64,000 nucleotides of DNA from Deltaproteobacteria bacterium (GTDB taxonomy: Bacteria; Desulfobacterota; DSM-4660; Desulfatiglandales; HGW-15), in the NCBI GenBank assembly GCA_019307745.1, contig JAFDJA010000001.1, forward strand, positions 20,223-84,222. Reading direction: 5' to 3'. The stretch's first letter is position 1; each line of letters begins with the position of its first letter. Below, piece by piece: positions 58,812-64,000 of this stretch. A program made the position numbers and the translations under genes. The notes under the pieces are model-generated. The model was given only the letters and a program-made list of their open reading frames with translations, was not told the DNA's origin and searched no databases.

Positions 58812-59645
58812 ATGGAAAACAGTCCTCTAGTTTACAACTATATGGAATATCGATTGTTTTTACAGGATATGTATGATTATCAAAAGAAAAATCAGAAAAA
58901 ATTCTCTTACAGATTTTTTTCAGCAAAAGCTGGCTTTTCATCACCCAATTTTTTAAAACTTGTTATTCTGGGGCTGAGGAACCTTACTAATGAAAGCGTA
59001 GCCAAGATCTCAAAAGGCTTTGAACTTAAAAAATGGGAGAGAGAATTTTTTGAGAGCCTTGTTTTCATGAATCAGGCCAAGTCACATGACGAGAAAAACC
59101 ACTATTATTTGAAAATGACGGAAGCCAAGGGCTATATGAAGATCCATAAACTTGAAAAAGCCAGCTACGACTATTTTTCACAATGGTACCATCCTGTAAT
59201 CAGGGAACTTATATCCTTTGGTAGCCGCAAATATGCACCGGACGAGATAGCCGTTATGGTTAATCCCCCTATATCCCCGAAGCAGGCCAAAAAATCCTTA
59301 AAATTGCTCCAGGAACTAAACCTTATCAAGAAAGACGGAAAGGGGCGCTGGAAAAAATGCGATAAGGTTGTAAGCACTGGTCCTGAAGTAAAATCTATTA
59401 TCCTTGGAAATTACCATAAAGAGATTATCCAGTTGGCATCAGAAGCTATTGATAGATTTAGCTCAGAAGATCGAGATATCAGCGGACTCACCCTGAGTGT
59501 AAAAAGAGATGCTCTGCCCAAAATAAAAGAAAAAATTGCCAGGTTCAGGGAAGAACTCCTTGAACTTACCTATGATGAAAAAGATGCCAATCAGGTCATA
59601 CAGGTCAGTATTCAGGCCTTTCCTTTAATAAAACAGCCAAAATAA
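58812..59645 (+). CDS. TIGR02147/DUF4423-family protein (putative DNA-binding regulator; family by recollection)
   Basis: N-terminus YMEYRLFLQDMYDYQKKNQKKFSYRFFSAKAGFSSPNFLKLVILGLRNLT matches the pattern remembered for this family. Confidence 0.65.
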   Translation: MENSPLVYNYMEYRLFLQDMYDYQKKNQKKFSYRFFSAKAGFSSPNFLKLVILGLRNLTNESVAKISKGFELKKWEREFFESLVFMNQAKSHDEKNHYYLKMTEAKGYMKIHKLEKASYDYFSQWYHPVIRELISFGSRKYAPDEIAVMVNPPISPKQAKKSLKLLQELNLIKKDGKGRWKKCDKVVSTGPEVKSIILGNYHKEIIQLASEAIDRFSSEDRDISGLTLSVKRDALPKIKEKIARFREELLELTYDEKDANQVIQVSIQAFPLIKQPK

Positions 59646-59665
59646 GGCTTTTCTGACAACAGAAG

Positions 59666-59709
59666 GGGCACAGGATCGATTTAAATCTAACCCTGTGCCC
59701 TCTTTTTTT
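59666..59709 (+). terminator. Intrinsic terminator
   Basis: GGGCACAGG (59666-59674), a 17-nt loop, CCTGTGCCC (59692-59700), then TCTTTTTTT. Confidence 0.8.
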
Positions 59710-60026
59710 CTGTTTTTGAAAAAGCCGTTATGGGCTGGTAAAAGATTGTCGTGAGAAACATATTTAACTGGATAAAAAGCTCTGCCTTATATACAACCCC
59801 AAAGGGTGTCCCCTTTTTCAGTTTACAATAAAAAGAATGGCTGTCTGTTCTGTTAAATATCAACCAATCTTACCAGAAATTAAGCCGGATGTTTTTCTCC
59901 TCGGAAAGCTCCAGGTGCCTTATCTAACCAGAGCCTCTCCAGCCCGGAGATGAGAAGGCAAGATGCGGAGAAAAGCCCCCCGTGTCGCAGGAGATAACAA
60001 TCGTCTCGAGAGATCTATCCAGTAAA

Positions 60027-60095
60027 GGCATATCTCCTCCATGGGACTGAGAATAAAACCAGGAGATATGCCGCCGTTCTAGGAGGAAGGAACGG
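60027..60095 (+). promoter_or_regulatory. Two adjacent hairpins in the antiporter leader (12-bp perfect stem, then a 6-bp stem presenting AGGAGG in its loop)
   Basis: GGCATATCTCCT (60027-60038) pairs with AGGAGATATGCC (60061-60072). CCGTTC (60074-60079) pairs with GAACGG (60090-60095). Confidence 0.5.
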
Positions 60096-60186
60096 AGAGT
60101 AATGCCAGTTGCCTTCTGACACCTAATCTGCTTTAATGCTACCGATTTAAATTCTCTGAAGATATATGTGAAAGGAAAGTCTCAAG

Positions 60187-61167
60187 ATGTTGCAGAATAT
60201 CCTATTGTGTCTCTCTGGTTTTGGTCTCCTCTATTATGGGGCGGAATGGTTGGTTAAGGGCTCTTCAAATCTGGCAAAGAGCCTTAAAATAACCCCGGTA
60301 GTAATCGGCTTGACAGTGGTAGCCTTTGGTACGTCTGCACCGGAACTGGTTGTGAGCCTTATATCTTCAATACAGAATAAGAGTATGCTGGCAGTGGGAA
60401 ACGTGGTAGGCAGCAACATCTGCAATCTTGCCCTTGTGCTGGGTGTCTCTGCCCTTTTTTATCCTATATCAAGTAAGAGAACCGTGGTTACGCGTGACAT
60501 GCCAATTATGCTTGGGATTTCACTGTTTCTCCTCTTTCTCTCGGCCAACTCAATAATTTCAAGGATCGAGGGCGCAACTCTTTTCCTGTGCATAATCCTC
60601 TATACAGTTTTCAATTACCGTATAGCCTTAAGGGAGATAGTTGAGGGGTTCAATACTACATCTGTAGTCTTTACATCAGAATTGAAACATCTTGGGGATA
60701 TTGCATCAAGACCTAAGCAGATATCTCTGATTCTGACAGGCATCGTTGGCGTGGTTCTTGGTGCCGAGCTTGTTGTGGGTTCCGCAGAAAATATAATGCG
60801 CTTTTTTGGTGTAAGTGAAAAATTTATTGGTCTTACGATTGTTGCCTTCGGAACCTCCGTTCCAGAGCTTGCAACCTCTGTGGTTGCAGCTGTTCGAAAA
60901 GAGATGGATATCAGCTTGGGTAATCTTGTTGGCAGTAATGTCTTTAATATTCTGAGTGTACTGGGTCTCGCTTCTCTGGTAAGACCTATCACTATTGTCG
61001 GTGGATTCTTTGAAGGTGGTCTGATCATAGACTATTCAGTGATGATAGGTATCAGCTTGCTCACATGGGTTCTGATGCTCAAAGACAACACCATAAAGCG
61101 ACGGGATGGCGCCCTGCTGCTGGGGTGTTATGTTGGATATCTGGGATATCTGATTGTGAAGGCATGA
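60187..61167 (+). CDS. CaCA-family Ca2+/Na+ antiporter (YrbG-like)
   Basis: 326 aa with two alpha-repeat motifs (GLTVVAFGTSAPELVVS and GLTIVAFGTSVPELATS; GNVVGSNICN and GNLVGSNVFN). Confidence 0.88.
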   Translation: MLQNILLCLSGFGLLYYGAEWLVKGSSNLAKSLKITPVVIGLTVVAFGTSAPELVVSLISSIQNKSMLAVGNVVGSNICNLALVLGVSALFYPISSKRTVVTRDMPIMLGISLFLLFLSANSIISRIEGATLFLCIILYTVFNYRIALREIVEGFNTTSVVFTSELKHLGDIASRPKQISLILTGIVGVVLGAELVVGSAENIMRFFGVSEKFIGLTIVAFGTSVPELATSVVAAVRKEMDISLGNLVGSNVFNILSVLGLASLVRPITIVGGFFEGGLIIDYSVMIGISLLTWVLMLKDNTIKRRDGALLLGCYVGYLGYLIVKA

Positions 61168-61396
61168 AGAAACTAGTCACATGTCCAAACTTCAGAAAAA
61201 AGAAGGCTGAGGTCAGACCGACAGAAAAGTTCACAAACCAAAGTAGGTTGGTTAGAGCGAATTATCCCTGTTGGGTTTTTCTGAAAGTTCAGACAGAAAT
61301 AGATAGAACAACGCGAGAATAACTTCACCTGAGGCTCAACCCAACCTGTGAACCGTGAACCGAAAACAGGTGACGGGAAGAAAGGAAGATGGGCCT

Positions 61397-62194
61397 ATGA
61401 AAACAGCTCCCATTAACAAAGATCTCCTAATCTCATATTTGTCAGGTTCCATGTTTGAGGGAAACGTAATAGTCTCTCAGACCGTTGACTCAACAAACCG
61501 GGCGTTGAAAAGGCTTGCCTCAGAGGGCGCACCTCATGGTACTGTTCTTGTTACGGAGGAACAGACAGCAGGCAGGGGCAGGCTTGACAGAAAATGGACC
61601 TCCTCCCCGGGAACAAACCTGCTCTTCTCTGTGCTGCTCAGACCTGAAATGAAAGCGGATCAAGTGTTTGTACTTACAATGATCATGGCGCTTGCCGCGG
61701 TAGATGGAGTAAAACAGGCCTGCTCCCTTAGTGCACGGATCAAATGGCCCAATGATATATATGTCGATAACAGGAAGCTTGCGGGAATACTTACCGAGTT
61801 CTCTGTTAAAAATAAAAAACTTGTCTACGTAATAACAGGCTTGGGGCTTAATGTGAACTGGTGCCCGGAGGATAGGCAAGGGATGCGTTATCCATGCACA
61901 AGTATACTTAAGCGGATAGGCAAAAAAATAGACAGGACCGAGCTGCTAGCATCCATCCTGCAAAATCTTGACGCGGATTACAAAAAATTTTTTTTCGAAA
62001 AGAAAGAGGCTCTTTATAAAAGATGGAATAGCCTCTCCTGCATAACAGGAAAACAGGTAGTAATAAAATCTAATGAACAGACCATAGAAGGAGAGGTATT
62101 AAAAATAGGCATAGATGGCAGCCTTATAATAAAAACTTCGGACAACCAGGAACAAAAAATACTATGCGGGGATCTGTCCTTAAGTCTTGTATAA
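61397..62194 (+). CDS. birA: Biotin--[acetyl-CoA-carboxylase] ligase (no N-terminal HTH evident)
   Basis: VDSTN, TEEQTAGRGRLDRKWTSSPG, KWPNDIY. ATG at 61397 with SD AAGGAAG; the ORF-track start at 61355 is GTG. Confidence 0.85.
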   Translation: MKTAPINKDLLISYLSGSMFEGNVIVSQTVDSTNRALKRLASEGAPHGTVLVTEEQTAGRGRLDRKWTSSPGTNLLFSVLLRPEMKADQVFVLTMIMALAAVDGVKQACSLSARIKWPNDIYVDNRKLAGILTEFSVKNKKLVYVITGLGLNVNWCPEDRQGMRYPCTSILKRIGKKIDRTELLASILQNLDADYKKFFFEKKEALYKRWNSLSCITGKQVVIKSNEQTIEGEVLKIGIDGSLIIKTSDNQEQKILCGDLSLSLV

Positions 62195-62387
62195 AAGCAC
62201 ACCCGTTTTTATAATAACAAAATAAAATACTAACAAAATTCCAACAAATTTTTCCAACCGGTTGGCCTTTCTTGAAACATCTATCCAGGATCTCTCGGCC
62301 CTTCAAGCCTATACTCAAAAACCAACACCGTCTTTTAAAAGCCAGAGCTATAATCTAACGACTGACAGCGCTTAATGAACAGTTCTC

Positions 62388-63413
62388 CTACCTGTAAGCC
62401 GCCTCTTCCTTAAGTGCCCTTGACATAAGCTCCTTTACCGCCACTCGTGGATCTTTCCCGTTATAAAGGACCTCATAGGTCTGATTCACAAGAGGCATAT
62501 CAACCCCCATCTTTTTTGCCAGTTCATAGGCGGAAAGGGTTGTTTTGACACCTTCTGCTACCATGTTCATGCTTCCTACAATCTCATCAAGGGACAATCC
62601 CTGACCAAGCTTGAATCCAACGGTCCTGTTCCGGCTAAGATCCCCTGTGCAGGTCAACACAAGATCTCCCATTCCAGCAAGTCCTGCAAAGGTCATGGGC
62701 TCTGCGCCCATTTTTACCCCAAGCCTTGTTATCTCGGCAAGACCTCGGGTAATCAGGGCCGCCCTGGCATTAAGACCATAATTTAGACCATCAGCAGCTC
62801 CTGCCGCAATAGCAATAACATTCTTTAAGGCCCCGCAGAGTTCAACGCCTACAAGATCATCACTTGTGTATACCCGAAAAAAGGGAGTATTATAGATCTG
62901 TTGAAGCCTTTCTGCAAGGCTGATATCTGGGCATGCAACCGTTATTGCTGTAGGCATCTTTCTGACAACCTCTTTGGCAAAGCTTGGGCCGGCCAGACAG
63001 GCAAATCTACTCATATGGTCTTTAGATAAGATCTCTTCCGCGACCTCAGACATTATCTTTAAAGAGTTGTTTTCAATCCCCTTGGTTGCAGAAACAACAG
63101 GTATATCAGAAGAGAGATATGGTTTCATCTCCATTAAAACAGTCCTGTAAAATTGAGAAGGGACAACCATCATGATCAGGTCTTTCCGGTACAGGGCCTT
63201 CTCAAAACTCCTCACAGGATTAAGGTGATGACATAATTCTACATCAGGCAAAAAGGTGCGATTTATATGTTCATCTTTAATCTGATTATAAACCTCCTCC
63301 TCTCTTACCCACAGATCCACCTTGTAACCCTTTTCCGCCAACAGGTTAGCTAGGGCCGTGCCCCAACTGCCTGCCCCAATTGCCGCAACCCTAACAGTCT
63401 CTCTTTCTGCCAT
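62388..63413 (-). CDS. gpsA: NAD(P)H-dependent glycerol-3-phosphate dehydrogenase
   Basis: VAAIGAGSWGTALA, KGIE, GALKNVIAIAAG. Start set at MAERETV (CAT at 63411-63413). Confidence 0.93.
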   Translation of the reverse strand: MAERETVRVAAIGAGSWGTALANLLAEKGYKVDLWVREEEVYNQIKDEHINRTFLPDVELCHHLNPVRSFEKALYRKDLIMMVVPSQFYRTVLMEMKPYLSSDIPVVSATKGIENNSLKIMSEVAEEILSKDHMSRFACLAGPSFAKEVVRKMPTAITVACPDISLAERLQQIYNTPFFRVYTSDDLVGVELCGALKNVIAIAAGAADGLNYGLNARAALITRGLAEITRLGVKMGAEPMTFAGLAGMGDLVLTCTGDLSRNRTVGFKLGQGLSLDEIVGSMNMVAEGVKTTLSAYELAKKMGVDMPLVNQTYEVLYNGKDPRVAVKELMSRALKEEAAYR

Positions 63414-63812
63414 GGAATCTATATTCTCCGTTTTTGGAACATGAACTCTTCTTCTGCCATTATAATCCTTTCCTATCGCAAAATACAAAGCTAATGCAAC
63501 AAAAAATAAAGCAACTCCCTCTTTCCCGGGTTTGCCGCTTACAAAACTGTGAATAAAAAGCCTTGAAACCGAAAACTTATAGCGCCTTTATTGTTTAATA
63601 AGGTCCTATAGCTGTTTACATGCGGAAGATGGAACCCTTCTGGTCGAACTGCCCTTGCCCTGTTCCTTTATTAGGGATTGACTAAATCCTTCCTTTTCCA
63701 TATATATCGTCTGTTAAAAAAATTGGGCTTGGCCCCTGTTTTTAGACCCTAAAAAAATTCTGTGTTTCATATATAACATCGAACCCTTATTAATTTCAAG
63801 CAAGGAGATATC

Positions 63813-64000
63813 ATGATAGAGGCGTTATCTGCGACCGGTTTTATGCTTGCCCTGGGAGCATTCTGCGGTCTGGTTCTAAGTGCCGCTTCGCGAATATTTT
63901 ATGTATATGAAGATCCCCGCATAGAAGAAGCAGAAGACTGCTTTGCAGGGGCAAATTGCGGCGGATGCGGATATGCGGGATGCTATTCTGCTGCTGTTGC
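63813..64000 (+). CDS. rnfB: N-terminal part of Rnf electron-transport complex subunit B; 3' end lies outside the window
   Basis: An N-terminal TM helix, then GANCGGCGYAGC (the RnfB-type Cys cluster). SD AAGGAG 6 nt upstream. Confidence 0.75.
   Translation, partial: MIEALSATGFMLALGAFCGLVLSAASRIFYVYEDPRIEEAEDCFAGANCGGCGYAGCYSAAV

Noticed and set aside
59986-60106. yybP-ykoY (Mn2+) riboswitch assignment for the antiporter leader
   Set aside because: The segments CAGGAGATAAC and GGAGAGTAA vaguely resemble the two conserved yybP-ykoY blocks. They occur in the wrong order, however, and lack the expected four-way junction pairing.

Overview
This 64-kb chromosomal segment is about 85% coding. No rRNA, CRISPR array, transposase, integrase or recognisable defence system was found by eye. 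The gene content (HdrB-like protein, formate-THF ligase, RnfB, FolE2, tandem MoeA, a sigma-54 promoter) suggests an anaerobic Desulfobacterota-like (deltaproteobacterial) genome. That assignment is an inference, not a database result.

Main content:
- Replication-origin neighbourhood: dnaA, paired DnaA boxes, an AT-rich tract, two perfect parS sites and parAB.
- A complete trpE-G-D-C-F-B-A operon, preceded by a near-consensus promoter, a 24-codon leader peptide with three consecutive Trp codons, and an intrinsic terminator (a classical attenuator).
- Housekeeping genes: thiD-thiC, fhs, proC, metG, gmd-fcl, ddl, pgk, birA, gpsA, and folE2 with an AICARFT-only purH.
- tRNA-Pro(UGG), followed by a visibly AT-richer islet (GFA, RidA and TIGR02147-like genes).

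Best novelty candidates:
1. A ~900-bp ORF-free region (36552-37459) with a 263-bp tandem duplication. It carries inverted pairs of a ~35-nt TATAATGGTTTGAAGAGAA motif that recurs at 6.4 kb.
2. A receiver-domain::phosphofructokinase-fold fusion whose canonical PFK motifs are substituted.
3. A multi-hairpin ~300-nt leader upstream of a Ca2+/Na+ antiporter.
4. A sigma-54 promoter with tandem upstream palindromes driving a secreted six-EF-hand protein built from near-identical 192-bp repeats.

All calls come from reading the sequence and the ORF track. No searches, GC statistics or folding computations were run.
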